From NCBI RefSeq assembly GCF_009914755.1, contig NC_060926.1: a stretch of 64,000 nt of DNA, one strand, 5' to 3'. Made by a program: the position numbers and the translations under genes. The stretch comes from the human T2T-CHM13v2.0 reference genome, Homo sapiens. Shown one piece after another: positions 31,442-47,719 of the stretch (position 1 is its first letter; each line of letters opens with the position of its first letter). The notes beneath the pieces were generated by a model. The model saw only the letters and a list, made by a program, of their open reading frames with translations, did no database searches and was not told the DNA's origin.

Positions 31442-31616
31442 GGCACATAGAGAAATGTGAAATCCTGTATGGTGTATTTGGTTGGATAGCAAAGCTGAGC
31501 GTAGTTCCAGCTAAGAAATGGAATAGAAAGTGACATTTTAGCTGATAGTATGGCATTGGAATAAACAAAACTGAAGCAATGGGTGACATGGGGACCTTTT
31601 TTTTTCTCTTGTCTAG

Positions 31617-31915
<299 letters not shown>

Positions 31916-34658
31916 TCTTATTCTTTTCTAATAATACTTATTCTTTCTCCTAGGAAGCTCATGTGTTTAGGGCGAAGCTCTAGGACGACCCTTGATTGGC
32001 TTAATCTGTCATCATATTCCCCTTCCCTGGCCTTAGTCACTAGTTCCTGGCTTGATCTGTAACCTAAGCCCATTCTGTCAGGGTGAAGCGTGGGATGCCA
32101 GGCAAGTTGTGTTCTTTGTCTTTCCAGATAATGTGCTATATGAATATGATGCCTAAAATTGCTGCAGACGTTTGGTCTCCATGATGCAAAGTTGAAATAG
32201 GGAGAAGTAAGACATGGAGAGAATCACAGAGAAATGGAGGCGGGGTTCTGATCATCATGCATGAAGTCTGCTACTCTTTGGACATTCCAGTTGTGTGAGC
32301 CAAGAAAGCCCTATTTTTAAGTCAGTTTCAGGTGTGTTGTGTTATTTCCAGCAGAGAGCCTCCTGATACATCCTTACCTACTCCAGGGGTATCTGAGGAC
32401 TCATCATAAAAGCCATGAAGGGCTGACTGCCTGCTTCATTTGGTTTAGCAGTGGCCACAAAAAGATGCAATGAAGGGTTTCCTGATTATTTAACTTCATA
32501 ATTGGGTGATAGGAAATAAGTTATGGAAAGGAAGCTCCAGAATGTAAATTGAGACTTGTAAAATAGGCTAATTATGAAATGTTAAGGAATCTGTAAATGA
32601 TCAGAAGGAGATACTTTTGTCAAATAACAATATCTGCTTCATGTCAAGTTCTGTGACTTGACAGAGAAATGTCAAAATGGTTTACATGGGTCTAGAAGGG
32701 GCAAAGAAGTTTGAGGGCAAGTTGAGGATGATGGTCTCAGGCATAAATGGCCCCTCTTTGCCCAATCCATATAGACTCATGTCTGAGTCCTATGGAGAGA
32801 AAACTCTAGCAGCAAGAAGAAATAAATAATTTTTCCACAAAGTCCAGGAGAGATTTTGGGATCCCAAGGCAATCCTCTGTGACAAGAACCACTGTGACAG
32901 GTTTTGGTACCAAGGAATACAGCAGAAGGGAGAAAGCTGCCTCTTATAGAACAGAGAAATCCAGTAAAGTGTCCCACAAACATGACATGATTTCAGAGGT
33001 ATATCAACCACCAACTACGTGCAGCACTTACAGGGAGTTACAGTGGAGATAGTACAGAACCTTTTGGCATTTCATGGCCAACTTCACTGAGAAGAAAGAG
33101 AGGAAAAATGCTGCATTCCTCATATTTCTGAGATCAACTATGCAGAGACCCTTGAAGGAAACTCCTAGGAAATGCCACAATTGCTGGAGAACATTTAGTG
33201 GGGGTGAGGGATTAGTTGGGGACACTTCATAGCAAGGCTGTTGATGTCACAATGACAGCAAGCCAGAGAAATGGGTAATACTCAGATCTTCATGGTAGAA
33301 GAGAATAATCTGGTGGATATTAGAATGCTAGAAGGACCTGTGCTCATTAATCAAAAATGTTCCCCTCTACCTTATTATTCCATTCCACAAAAAGTGGAAA
33401 CTCCTGGTTTAGACATCTGTTGAATTAATATGTGTGGTTGATGATTATATAAAAGGCAACAAGAGGAAGAAAAAGGAAAGAGAACAAAGGGATGAGAGAA
33501 AAAAAAGATATTTTTTCAAAGTTTAGAAGACAAAGATTTCTCTTCAATGTGTACTCTAGAGATCAGACCACGAGTCATAAATGTTAGTGAATTTTGAATT
33601 ATGTTTTCCCACTGGCTCTAATACTGAATTTTCTTGTTTATATATTTATAAATAGGGATAATTATAAATGCTTTAAAACATATGATTATTTAATGCGGCC
33701 CTCCACAAAATGGCACTGGCATATCCTGAGATCCACATTAATTCTTTTTTCAAACACTTTGGGTCAGAAAAACAGATCACATAATGATTCATCTTAAGCA
33801 TAAATTAAAAATCAAGATCCATTCTTTTTTAAATTTATAAATGTATTATTTTAGTCCTTAAAAATCTTCACAGAATAGAGATAATAGCTAAAAATTGACA
33901 AAGCCATATTTAACTCCCATATTATAGCTAAGCTGTTCCTCCTGGCATTTAATTATGCTAAGACTCAAAGAAATAGATGGTCTTGAAAGCCAGCACACTT
34001 GAGCTGTGAGACTTGGAGATTCTTGTTGGCAGACTATTCATTGATAGTACTGCCTTCATACATGCACTTGGCTTGTAAAATGAATAAAAAAACCTGGCAA
34101 ACACCAACATTTAGATGCTTGTGCCATCAAAAATTATACAAAATATATGTATATACTCACATACATTTGTATATATATGTGTTTATGTATATTATAGAGA
34201 GAAACTAAAATCATATTTTGAAGACTTTCAAGGTAATTCACCGTTTAGTATAACTGCAATGCCAAATGTTTTGTATTAATCCATGATATGACCCATCAGC
34301 CCTCCTCAATGAAACCACATCATAAAGAACCTTTTAGTGGCAGGACAGGGTAGGGTGAGGATAAGAAAAATATGGGAGAAGTAGTTCAACTATCTCTATA
34401 AATTAAAAACAAAGTAGAGATTTGTAGGACTAGCTGCAGATGAATATCCCTTTAGAGTACAGTATGTTCCCATTTTATTGGATTCCTCAGAAACTTATTG
34501 TCCGTTCAACAAAGCTTTTGTGGGTTAATAATACTGTTACAGGACTTTTCACAAATCATTCCTTTTTATTTTTTAATGGAGACTTTATATTCCCCAGTAA
34601 AATAAGAATGGAATCTTTCATAGACAAAACTCCTTCCCATACCATCCACCTATCCAAC

Positions 34659-35385
<727 letters not shown>

Positions 35386-35780
35386 TCAACTAAATGAAGG
35401 CTCAGACCATTTCTGTTTTGAAAACAAATGAATGATATTAGCTAGAGAATCCCAAGCTTCAGAGCACTAGTTGTTGCCAAAGTACTATTATGGTTTCTGT
35501 TACACTTTTGCTTTCTTGAATTTAGATACCTTTAAAGCGGTCTCATGTTTGCCTGCCTTCTCACAGTCAGTTTGTGATCACCAAAATATAGGCACACTGT
35601 AGCACAGGGTTCAAATCCATTCTTAGATTCCGTTTTCATTTATGGTTTGCTTTAGAATTCTTAGCTGAAATTCACAGAGTTAAACTAAAATATTTTTAAA
35701 ATGTGAATTTCTAATATTATTAAAATTTTGGAGTCATCTCTTTTGTGTAACATTTCACGGAAATGGGGGAACCACATTCA

Positions 35781-36004
35781 TTCCCTTCCCTCCCTCTTCC
35801 CCTCCCCTCCCCTTCCCCCTTCCCTTCCCCCTCCCCTTCCCCCTCCCCTTCCCCCTCCCCTTCCCCCTCCCCTTCCCCCTCCCCCTCCCCTTCCCCCTCC
35901 CCCTCCCCTTTCCCTCCTTATCTCCCTCCCTCCCTCCCTCCTTCCTTCCCTCCCTCCCTCCTTCTTTCCTTCCTTCCTTCCTTCCTTTTGTTTCTTTCTT
36001 TTCC
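35781..36004. repeat. Polypyrimidine simple repeat (CCCCTT/CCCCTC)n then (CCCT/CCTT)n
   Basis: About 220 nt of almost pure C/T on the + strand. Confidence 0.95.
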
Positions 36005-37471
36005 CAAGATGGTGAGGTTGATATATCAGCTCCAAAGAGTGCCCGTGGCGACTAAGTAGGTACTTTAACTTTTTGGCGGCCCATGTGAGGATGTGGCTCT
36101 CTTCCTGTTTGGAGAATGCCCCCATGTGATGAGTCCTATAACATCCTAAGCATTGTGCTAGCCTTGGTTTGAGAAACCTCCTTCTAGTCCAGAGGATATT
36201 AGCCCATGTAAAACTGTGCTCATTCTATCGACCAGCTCATCCTCAAGAACTATATTGAAGAGCACACTTGTAAGAGTCAGAAGAAGGGGAGTCCAGCGAA
36301 CTATAAATGGGTAAGAAGGGCTTTTGACTGAAGAATATTCTTGAACTCTGCCTTGAAAGATAGTATTTGCGTAAAGGAGAGAAAATTGCATTCTAGATGA
36401 GGAGATTAATTTAACAAATACGTAAAATAGTCTGAAAAAGCATGATCAGTGAAGAAAATTGGACTTGTCTCAACTCTGTACAATCACAACTAATAACACT
36501 TTTACCTCAAATGTTTTTACTAGGGTTGCGCACAGTTTCTGCCACAGAATTGCCCTGAGCTCTGTTTTGTCTGTTTCAACATTCTTTTCCAAACCTCTGT
36601 ACCCTCACATAGCCTATGCTGTCTGCCTAGAATACTATTCTCTTCCATGATTACTCTACCCCTTTTGGCCCAGAAAGTTTCTACACATATTTTAATCCTC
36701 AAATATCACTGTCCTAAGTTTCCTAGGCAGACTTAGGCTCTTGGAATCTCAAGATAATTTACTTATTACATCTGCAGTATGTTCACATCACTATTTTTTG
36801 TTTGTTTGTTTGTTTTCTGGAATATTTAAAAGCAAATTTCAGATATCACATTATTTTAACTTTAGATACATCAGTATGAATGTTAAACAGATAAGGACTT
36901 TAAAAAGTAGAACAACAATACCATTATCACACAAAATTAACAATAACTCTGATATCTTCTAATATCCAGTAGATATTCAATCTCTTAAAAATGGATTTGG
37001 CTGACTGCATCCTCATGGTTCCATTCTGAAGCTTCCAGGGCACAATAAGTGTTTACATTTTACTAAGGGAGTACCTTGATGTTGTCATTTAATCTCATTG
37101 CAGAAGCTCTGAAAGGTTATTTGAGACAACACAGCAAGGACAGAATTTAAAATGGAAAACAAAATGGAGAATAAAATTTCAATCTTGAGCACGGGATGAC
37201 CTTGGATTGATCAAATATGTGTTCTGAGCCAGTTCATAGCTTTCACGGGGCAATACCCATCTTGCCCATCAGCAGTTCCTGAAGGACACCCACAGAACAG
37301 TTCTTGGTGTACAGTCTGCGGAGGGTAGGAGCAGGACTCTCCTAAGGAGTCTGTCTCCTGAGGGATGTAGACCATAGGGGTAATGGTTAAACCAAGTGAG
37401 TTTTTTAAAAAGAAAAAAAAAAAACTAAAACAAAACTAACAAGCTGGAATATATTTTCCATTCTCAGTGTT

Positions 37472-37752
37472 TCTTTTTTTTTGTTTTCTGGAAACTGATT
37501 ATCACTCTGTCGCCCAGGCTGGAGTGCAGTGGCATGATCATATCTCACTGTATAGTCTCTAACTCATGGACTCAAGAGATCCTCCCACCTCAGCCCCTTA
37601 AGTTGCTAAGACTACAGGTATGCACCACTGCACCCAGATAATTTTTAACTTTTTTGTAGAGACAGGTTCTCGCTGTTTTCTGGGCTGGTCTCAAACTCCT
37701 GCCTCAGCCTCCCAAGATGCTGGGATTACAGGTGTGAAACCCTGCACCTGAT
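37472..37752 (-). mobile_element. AluJ
   Basis: cactctgtcgcccaggctggagtgcagtggcatgatc...gctgggattacaggtgtga. Confidence 0.85.
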
Positions 37753-38654
37753 CTCCAATGTTTCTTTCTATGGTGAGTGACTTCAATTAGTGGAACAATC
37801 TAGGCTTCAATCCCTTCCTTACCCTGCCCCAGGGAAAATGGAGTGACTTGCCTGATATCTAAAGTTTGGAAAAATAACTGTGAATGCTTAAATCATCTGT
37901 TGTGTTCTTGGAGCTAGCTTCCCACAGGGAGTGGGAGGTCTTTGTTTCCCCAGGATCTAAGAATAACCTGGGAAAATCTCCAACCCAGGAGAACATTGTC
38001 TGTGACTGCCTGGGTAAGTCTGTCTAATTCTGGGGTTTTCTTTGCAGGCCCTTTTGACTCTCGTACTATGGACCCTAATATAGCCTTTATCAGAAATAAA
38101 GATGACATTTTGGTCTCCAGATGCTTTATTCCTAGTCTGATCATTCAGTTTTTTTTTTTTTTTCAGAACTCAGGGATGAAGGCTACTTATTTTGGGGGTC
38201 CCCTAAAAAATATAAAAATCATAAAATGTTATTTTAATGTGACACTATATTCTATTTGCTAATATTTTATATAGGATTTTATACTGATATTTTAAGTAAG
38301 ATATATTTGTGGCTTTCTTTTAGGATTTTTGTTACCAATATAATACTAGCTTCATATAAATAATTTAGAAGTTTCCCTTCTTTTATAATCTATGCTTTGG
38401 AAAAGTTTAAATAATATTCTGATTATTGGCAATTTATATTTTCTTAAAAATCACCCTTTTAATTCAGGTTCTCAAATTTATTTGCTTAGAGTTGAACAAA
38501 ATAGTTGTTTTTGAATCTTTCAATTTTTAAATATATTTGTGGTTATTCCATTAGCATTTCCAACTTTTGTGCTTTTGTGATGTCGCCTATTTCCCTACTT
38601 GATAAGATTAAGTAATAGTTTATGTTTGTGTATATTTTTATTTAAAAAATTTTT

Positions 38655-38938
<284 letters not shown>

Positions 38939-40174
38939 ATGTTTGTATATTTTTAAGATTTTCAGTAGAAACAGTTTTTGAATTTACATATTTGTTCTAT
39001 AAGCTTCTCTTATTAAATTTAATACTGATTTTTAAAAAAATGTATGTTTCTTCTCTTCACCTTTCCTTGGGATTCTTTTTTTCTAACCTGAGTCCTATTT
39101 GTAAATATAAATCTTCCAGCGGTGAATGTTCCTTTGAGCTTTGCTTTGAGTAGATCCCATTTCCTGATGTACTGACAAGTAAACAGTCATTTGATAAGCA
39201 AGCACATTTGTTCAGTTGAGTGATCATTGTCCTGTGGAGATAATTGGGTGATCTGCCCTTTGGATAAATATGTTTTCAGGAAGTCTCTTAAACAATAAAA
39301 TTACTCTTAATAATTTTCTGCCCTTCCCAGTGAGACATTGTATTTTGTGCACCATTGACATCAAACTTGGCGTTGTAGCTTGTTATAGACAATGGAATGT
39401 TAACAGATGGTCCATTGTGGGATTCTGCCATTGTGGAATTCTGCCATTCCTCTTTTCTCTCTGCCTCAAGATCAGCATGTCCCAGATTGGGGTGTTCCTT
39501 TGTCTTGGGTCCCAGAATGAAGAAGATGTGGAATAGAGGTGCAGCCAATCTGGGAAGGACATGCAATGGGAGCAAGAAATAAATCTTCATTGTTGTAAAT
39601 TGTTGAGATTTCGGGATTATTTTTTATTGTAGCAAAAAGTAGCACAAGTGCCTAATACAGGACATGTCAAATATATAGATATGTATCCTTTGTATGTACC
39701 TTTAAATATTGTATTATATATAACATACAACATATAATATATAATGTACATCTAAATATGATATAGTAACATCTTTTGAACCAATAATGTATAAGTACAT
39801 TTTATGCAACTTGAAACACAATTTTTGTTATTTAAATTATTATTATAAAGATTTATAGCTGTGCCTTTGCTATATGCAAAATTTGCTATTTGTTATACGA
39901 CAAATTTTGCAGACAGTCATGATTCATTTGATGCCAAGTCTTTGGGCAAAAAAATTTCCCTATTACAGCTCCGTTTCTTTGAGGAAATCCCATTGCTGTA
40001 TACCCATCAGCTTTGGGACATAGTTCTAGAAATTCATTAATATAAAAAAAAGACTTTTTTTCTTGTCATTTTCAAATTCTGATTTTATCAGTCCTTAAAA
40101 CAGGTAAAAATAACTGATAAGGAGAATGACATCATATATCTTTATAAATGTCTCTCAGAAAATAAATATTTTGA

Positions 40175-40822
40175 GCACGTGGAGAAAAGGAAAGGCTTAT
40201 ATACTGTTCTTGGGAATGAAAATTAGTACAGCCTGTATGGAAAGTAGTATGGAGAGTTCTCAAAGAACTAAAAATAGAACTACCATTCAACCCAGCAATC
40301 TCACTACTGGGCATCTACCCAAAAGAAAACAAGTCAATATATCAAAAAGATAGCTGCCCTCATATATTTATTGAAACACTATGCAAAATAGCAAAGATAC
40401 GGAATGAACCTGTGTCCATCAACAGATGAATGGATAAAGAGAATGTGGTATATATACACAATGGAATACTATGCAGCCATAAAAATGAAATCATGTCATT
40501 TGCAGCAACATTGATGAAATTGGATTTCATTAGCATAAGTGAAACAAGACAGACATAGAAAGACAAATACTGCATATTCTCACTCATAATTGGGTGCTAA
40601 AAATTTGTTCACATTGTTGTAAAGAGTGGAATGATAGATAATGGAGACTTGGAAGAGTCTGGAGGTGAGAAGGGGGAGGATGATGAAGAGTTGGTTAATG
40701 GATATAATGTATGTTATTTCGGTGATGGATACCCTAAAAGTGCTGACTTGACCACTACACAATCTATGCACATAACAAACTTGCACATATACCCCATATA
40801 TTTGTACAAATAAAAAGGAAAA
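40175..40822 (+). mobile_element. L1 3' end (L1MA/L1PB-type)
   Basis: gtggagaaaagg...aaattagtacagcc...gaaatcatgtcatttgcagcaaca...gacttgaccactacacaatctatgca. Confidence 0.8.
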
Positions 40823-40844
40823 GAAAAATGAGTGTTGTTTCAGC

Positions 40845-41850
40845 GTCACTGATCATTAGAGAAATGCAAATCAAAACTACCACGATTTAGTTCTACCTGA
40901 GCTATTGCTGTTTTATTTTAAAAACTACAATGAGATAGCATCTCAACCCAGTTAAAATGAATCTTATCCAAAAGATAGGCAATAACAAATGCTGGTGAGG
41001 ATGTGGAGAAAAGGAAACCCTCATACAATCTTGGTGGGAATGTAAATAAAATAGTGCAAACACTACAGAGAATAGTTTGGACGTTCCTCAAAAAACTAAA
41101 AGTAGAACTACCTTATAATCCAGCAATCCCAATGCTAGGTATATACCCAAAAGGAAGGAAATCAGTATATTGAAGAGATCTCTGACTCCCATGTTTATTT
41201 CTGCACTATTCACAATAGCCAATATTTGGAAGCAACCTAAGTGTCCATCTGCAGACAACTGAACAAAGGAAATGTGGTACCATACACACAATGGGATACT
41301 ATTCAGCCATACAAAGAATGAGATCCTGTCATTTGCAACATTATGGATGGAACTGGAGGTCATTATGTTAAGTGAAATAAGCCAGGCACAGGAAAACAAA
41401 CTTTGCGTGTTCTCACTTATTTGTGGGAGCTAAAAATTAAAACAGTTGAACTTATGGAGATAGAGAGTAAAAGGATGGTTACCAGAGTCTGAGAAAGGTA
41501 GTAGGTGGTGGATGAGGGAGGGAGGAAGAAGGTTGGTAAATGAGCACAAAATATAAATAGATAGAATAAATAAGATCTAGGATTTGATAGCACAACAGGG
41601 TGTCTACAGTCAACAATAATGTATTGTACACTTAAAAATAACCAGAAGAGTATAATTGGATTGCTTATAACAAAGAAATAATGAATGCTTATGATGATGG
41701 ACCCCACTTACCATGACATGATTACTACACATTATATGCCTGTATCAAAATATCTCATGTACCCCATAAATATATACACCTACTATATGCCCATGAAAGT
41801 CAAAGATAAATGATTTTTTTAAATAAAATAACTTTTAAAAATAAAAATTT
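40845..41850 (+). mobile_element. L1MA (L1MA2-4-like) 3' end
   Basis: tcactgatcattagagaaatgcaaatcaaaac...gtaccccataaatatatacacctactat. Confidence 0.85.
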
Positions 41851-43074
41851 CTACCAAGCTTTTTTAAAGTGTTTCTTACAGAGGAGAAAGATCGTTTCCA
41901 AGAACTAATAGATATACAAACAGTATGAGATATGAAGATAATTTTTATAATTCTTCTAAGTAGGGGAAAAAATCTAACTTTTTCTTGAAAACGTAGTTAA
42001 GAAGTTAAAGATTCCAAAGTGAGCCTTATATTTTTTACATCGAAGATTGAGTTGTGCCTTTGATTTAACAAGTACTCATGTGATGTTATACTTGTTTTCA
42101 CATCTCATAGATAGATCTAAGCAAAAATATATCAAATGCCAAAACTATCTGAAAAGAGTGTTTTTTTTTAATGCCCCCCTGCGTTACATTGCCATTATTT
42201 CACGTGGGGAAACTGGCATAAGTGAAAATTTGGTGAATGCTCTAATTTTATTCTTTTAAACCCCAATTCTCTATCTGTTAGTACAAATCTGAGATTTGTT
42301 TCTAATCTCTGAGGAATCAAATATGCCTAGAAAAAAATATAGGGGAACTGCAACTATGGATCATATGATTTGCATTATTAGTACTTTCTGTGTAATAATT
42401 CTACACATTGTTACCATTAGCAACACGATTTCAATCATGAATATCACCAAGTTCAGAAGAAATAATTTCTGAATTGTCTCTATTAGACCATGATCAAGAG
42501 GAAAAAATGCAAGACTGAGTTTTCCTTTAGTGTTGTATCTGACATTTTTAAATAGACTCATTTTCTGTGGTTTCATGTGACCTATTACATTTGTCACTGG
42601 ATGGCAAGAAGGCCTGTCTCTCATTAGCACTTCCGGTAGTACTTGAGAAAAATATCCCGCAAGAAAAAAGATTCCATTTCCTTCCCCCCTGGATTTGGAG
42701 GCACTTGATTTTTTGAGAATTTCAGTGAATATCATCTCTAATTTTAGTTGAATACTCCTCACCATATGATGTTACAAGATATAACTAACATACTACCCGC
42801 CTAGAAATATGTTTCTCTTTGATCCTAAAAATGGCTTTTGATTTAAAAATTGGCTCTCCATTATGTTAACGGTGAGATAGGATTTAAGTGTGTGTGGGCG
42901 GGCAGGGGTAGAAGACTGATCTATAAAAGACAGAACAAAAGAATAGATCAGAGTTAAATTGTTACTTTTTAAAATCCATCTCTTAATCTTTTCCCTTTTT
43001 TCTGTTTATTCAAGCCCCAATGTTTACTGTTAGACCTCTGCAGATTTGGAGTGTGTCTAAACTGGGTTTGTTTG

Positions 43075-43110
43075 GTGTGCGTGTGTGTGTGTATGTGTGT
43101 GTGTGTGTGT
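43075..43110. repeat. (TG)n microsatellite
   Basis: gtgtgcgtgtgtgtgtgtatgtgtg. Confidence 0.9.
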
Positions 43111-44169
43111 TCTCTTTGCAAGGGAGTCCCAGTTATTTGCCTTGCTCCTCTTTCCTTTTTCTGTCACCACCAGAGATGTTCTTAGCATCTATTAGTGACT
43201 CTCTATTGGGGTGACCCATTTGGGATGAGGCAGAATTCTCCTTGCATCTCTCACTGATAGACGCATCCTAGAGTAGGTGGTGAAAGATCTTTTAGTTGTA
43301 AAAATCAGACGGTGTCAGTCTCATGCTGAAAATTGCTAGTCAGCTCCCTCTTATCCGCAAGATGAAACCCATGCTTCTCTCTCCAGCTTATGAGGTCTTC
43401 ATGATCTTGTCTTAATTCCCCTTCTGATCTTATCTCCCTCCTCCAAGAGTCTAAACTACCTAGAGTTTCCTTACAAGCTACATTCTGACCTCTCTGTCTT
43501 TACCACACTCTATTTGTGTGGCCAGGGATGTTCTTTGCTAACTGAGGAGGCTAATTAGTTCTTTTTGTTTTAACTCAAATGCTCCATTTTCAGTGAGTCC
43601 TTTTCTGCCTGTCCCAGGCACCCTGCCCTGTTCTCGCTGTACTTTGTATAGACTTGCTGAGGGAGAGATGGCAAATTGACAGACAATCCAACATCCATTC
43701 TCCCCTCTTTCTCCACTAAAAGATTCCTGATACTATCTGGAGTGCCAGTGTGCCCAATTTCCAACCTTCTTCTGTCTAAGCATCCAAGTTCTGGCCAAGA
43801 AAATGCAAATAGATGCTGAACGGGACTTCCCAGAAATCTCAAAAGGAGGACAGATATCTGGCTCTGGCTCTTTTTGTCTTTATGCCTCCCCCTTTTTCAC
43901 ACTGCCTGGAATGTGGATGTGTTGGCTGGAGCTCCACCATCCATACTGGACCATGGGGCTTCCTTAAGAATGAACACTATGCATTACAGATGGTGGGGCA
44001 GAAAGAATAATCCCAAGACTGACACTATGAGGCTGCCATACCAGCCTTGGACTATGTACCTCTGAGCTTCTTTTACTTGAGTGATAGAGGTTTATTAATT
44101 TTGTTTATCCTACCCTTATTTTGGTTTTCTCTTACATGTACCCACTCTAATCTTGGCTAATACATCTGA

Positions 44170-44505
<336 letters not shown>

Positions 44506-47469
44506 TAGGTCCATTTTCTTATATATATTTCTCACTGTATTATTTCATTACAAGAGTGCTGGGGCTACTGTGTTTTGTTCTAATATAATATGGCTATCAT
44601 GCTGAGTCCTCCTAGGGCATGACTCTTGAACTGGTGGTACAGGAGTGGGGAAGTGAGGATAGGGTCTTCCAAATGGCCATTCCTGGTATCTTTCATCTCA
44701 AGAAGAGGCAAAGTCTTCAGATAAGACCAGAACACTGTAAGGTGGGCCTCAGTTGATTGGGCCTTTCTTACTCTCTCTGAGCCTGAGTTTTGAGGATTCT
44801 GTGTTTCCCTAAAGACACTTTTAGGTGAGACATGCTCAAGACTGCCTTTTTATCCCTAGAGGCAGATAGAGGCCTAATCTAAGTGGGATCAGTGTGGTGA
44901 ATCAGAAAAGTAAGAATAAGTCATAGCTTATAAGCCAATTTATTCTACATGTGTGCAAACTACTCTGTGTATTTCCATTTTAAATATTTCCGCTTTATCG
45001 AAGTGTTGTTTGGGAGAGCCAAGGCAAGGGCTTGTGTCCACCTTGGGTGTGAGAGTATTCAGAATCCGTCTGAAGTCAGCATGATGGTAGCAGTGGGAAT
45101 CAACCAGGGACCACAAGAATAAGGGAAACTCAAGAGGAAAGAACAAGTCAAAGGCCAGTAATCCCTTGTACCAAGAATGCCTTTGTCCAGCACAAGATCC
45201 TCCATTAATGAATGCTGACTTTCCCTTCAATCATGAACATGTGTGATCATTCTGAAAGAACATGTAGAAATCATTTGGTCCAACCCTCTCATTTTACAGA
45301 TGAGGAGCCAAGATCTGTTGAGTTTACATGAACTTTTCTGCATCAGTAGCAGAACAAAATCAATTTTCAATGAAATAAAATAAATTTTAAAATTATGCAT
45401 TTGTGCATTTTTATGTAGAATAAATTGTTTGTTGTTTTAAAATCAAATTTACAAGGGCATCCATTATTCATAGCTACAAATAGTAACTATGGCTGGGACT
45501 GGCGGTTTTCATCACAACTTCATCTGTTTTTCCAAGCCCTTGAGGATGAAATTCATGAATTCATGGATCATGGGGAAAGAAAAGAGATGGCATTGGAGAG
45601 CATTTGGTGTCCCACTTGAGTAAGCAGCCAAGAATATTCACTACCCATGAGTCATAAAGGAGTTAAGTCAGTGCGCCCAGGTGTCTGGTCTCCCTTGGAG
45701 TATTCCCTGGGTTAAGGAGCTATGCTGCTTTTCTTGGGTTTAGCTGCCTAATGAAGAGTTTCCTGGGCAGTGGTCAGCATGCCATCTATGTCCCTCAGCA
45801 GGAGTACTGCTGACATTCCTCAGAGCTTTTGATTGGCTTCTACTGAACCTACTCTGTGTGGGACAACCTCTCACTTGGTGTCTTAAGACAGCCATAATCC
45901 CTCCAAAGTGGAAGCAGTGTCCTGATCTGGAAGTCTGGTGGTGAGTGTGAGCCAAAGTCTTATGACATTAGGTTTAGGTTGAATGGAACACAGTCAGCTC
46001 AAAAATCTCCACCACATCTTGGGTTGTGGTAAAGCATGTCTTGGTGGTCTGATTGTGTTGGGAAGTTGTTATGGAGTTGCAAATAGGAATCAGGGTTATT
46101 GTTTGCAGTGACAGAAAGGTCCTAGAATCAGGGGGTTGAATATGAAGCTGCCATAAGTTGGTGGGGGTTCACCTGTCCCCATCCATGGCACTTTAGTTGG
46201 GCATCAGTTTTTTCAGCTTTAACTCTGCGCCTATTTCCCCATTCCATAGCCATGGCCCATCCAACTAGAGACCATTCCTGCTTACTTTTCCCCCATAAGT
46301 AATGTTCCCCATTGGGATCATCAGTAAAAATCATCCAAGACATGGAAATGGGCAAGAGAGATTGATGCATGTCCTATCGGGGAGGCCTGGGTTTTGTCAC
46401 AAGTACACTAGGGGAATTGTCTGATTGTAAACAGGTGTGCTCCTTTGGTTGCCTTTTCATCAACTTTCTGTGGAAGTACAAGTTAACCTGTAATGCATAT
46501 GAGCACTGTCCATAGCAATGCAAATTAATTTTGTTTGGTAGAGATAAAATTGATTTCTGTATTGTAGAAAAGAGGAGAATACCTTATTGAACTTTAGAAG
46601 ATTAATCAGTTTTATATCTATTAGCAAATTGATATAAGCATTCTAAAGGTATTTCAGCTATATGAATTCCATGTATACTTACATATATGGAAAATTTTGT
46701 AAAAATTTTTTATCGCTCTGAATAGTCATAACATTAGATGTAAATGGAGAGGAATTTGTGCCGCATGTACCAATTTTTTTTAAATCATAGGACATTTATG
46801 TTCAAATGGCTTTTATCCTTTTTGGCTTAGTATTATGGAACAAGGTGTACTTGTAAATCTAACTAAGTAATTTGCCCAGATTCATGTGTACAGAGAGGCT
46901 GGACATTAGCAAATGCTGATGAAACTTGCATTATTATGAGAGCAGACTAAATATCTCTTCCTTTCTCTAATGATTATGCCTGAGCTGAGCCCTATAAATC
47001 ACATTAAACTTTTTTATTAGTATAGAATAAGAGAAGGGCCATCTAGGATAAAAAAAAAGGTAGTATAAGAAAAGTATTGGAAAAGTGAAGAAAGACTTTA
47101 CTGCTCGGTCAGAAAATTCTAAGGGGGAGAGGTGGAAGATAAGGCTGGATGAGCTGAATGATGGCCTTTGAAATATGTCCTACAGGAAATCGAGGAGATA
47201 TTGGTAATTCTGGAGTAGGAATTTAAACATACATGGCTTAGGATGAGCACTATGACAGTAAGGTATCAGAAAGATTGGATTTGGAGGTGGTTGGCCAGGG
47301 GAGGGGGGCAAATTAAAGACATTCTTGGAAAGTGAAAAAAGGATAAAGGAAGTTTTTGAAAGGTTTAGTGACCATTCATGGAGCAGATTTGAGACATCAC
47401 TAACACAGTCAAAGGTTTAGTGAAAAAGAATGTGATATTAAAGATGACTTCAAAAGTTAAACCTTAGGT

Positions 47470-47719
47470 AGTCAGGTGCGGTGGCTCATGCCTGTAATCC
47501 GAGCAATTTGGGAGGCCGAGGCAGGAGGATCACTTGAGGTTGGGAGTTCAAGACCAGTCTAGCCAACATGGTGAAACCCCGTTTCTCCCAAAAATACAAA
47601 AATTAGACAGGTATGGTGGTGAGCACTTGTAATCCTGGCTGCTTGGGAGGCTGAGGCAGGAGAATCGCTTGAACCCAGGAGGTGGAGGTTGCAGTGAGCC
47701 AAGGTCGTACTCCTGCACT
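47470..47719 (+). mobile_element. AluS lacking its 3' end and poly-A tail
   Basis: Ends at ...gcagtgagccaaggtcgtactcctgcact. Confidence 0.85.

Noticed and set aside
35728-36125. Pro-rich, (PS)n and RGG-like ORFs
   Set aside because: Direct translations of the C/T simple repeat; no gene structure
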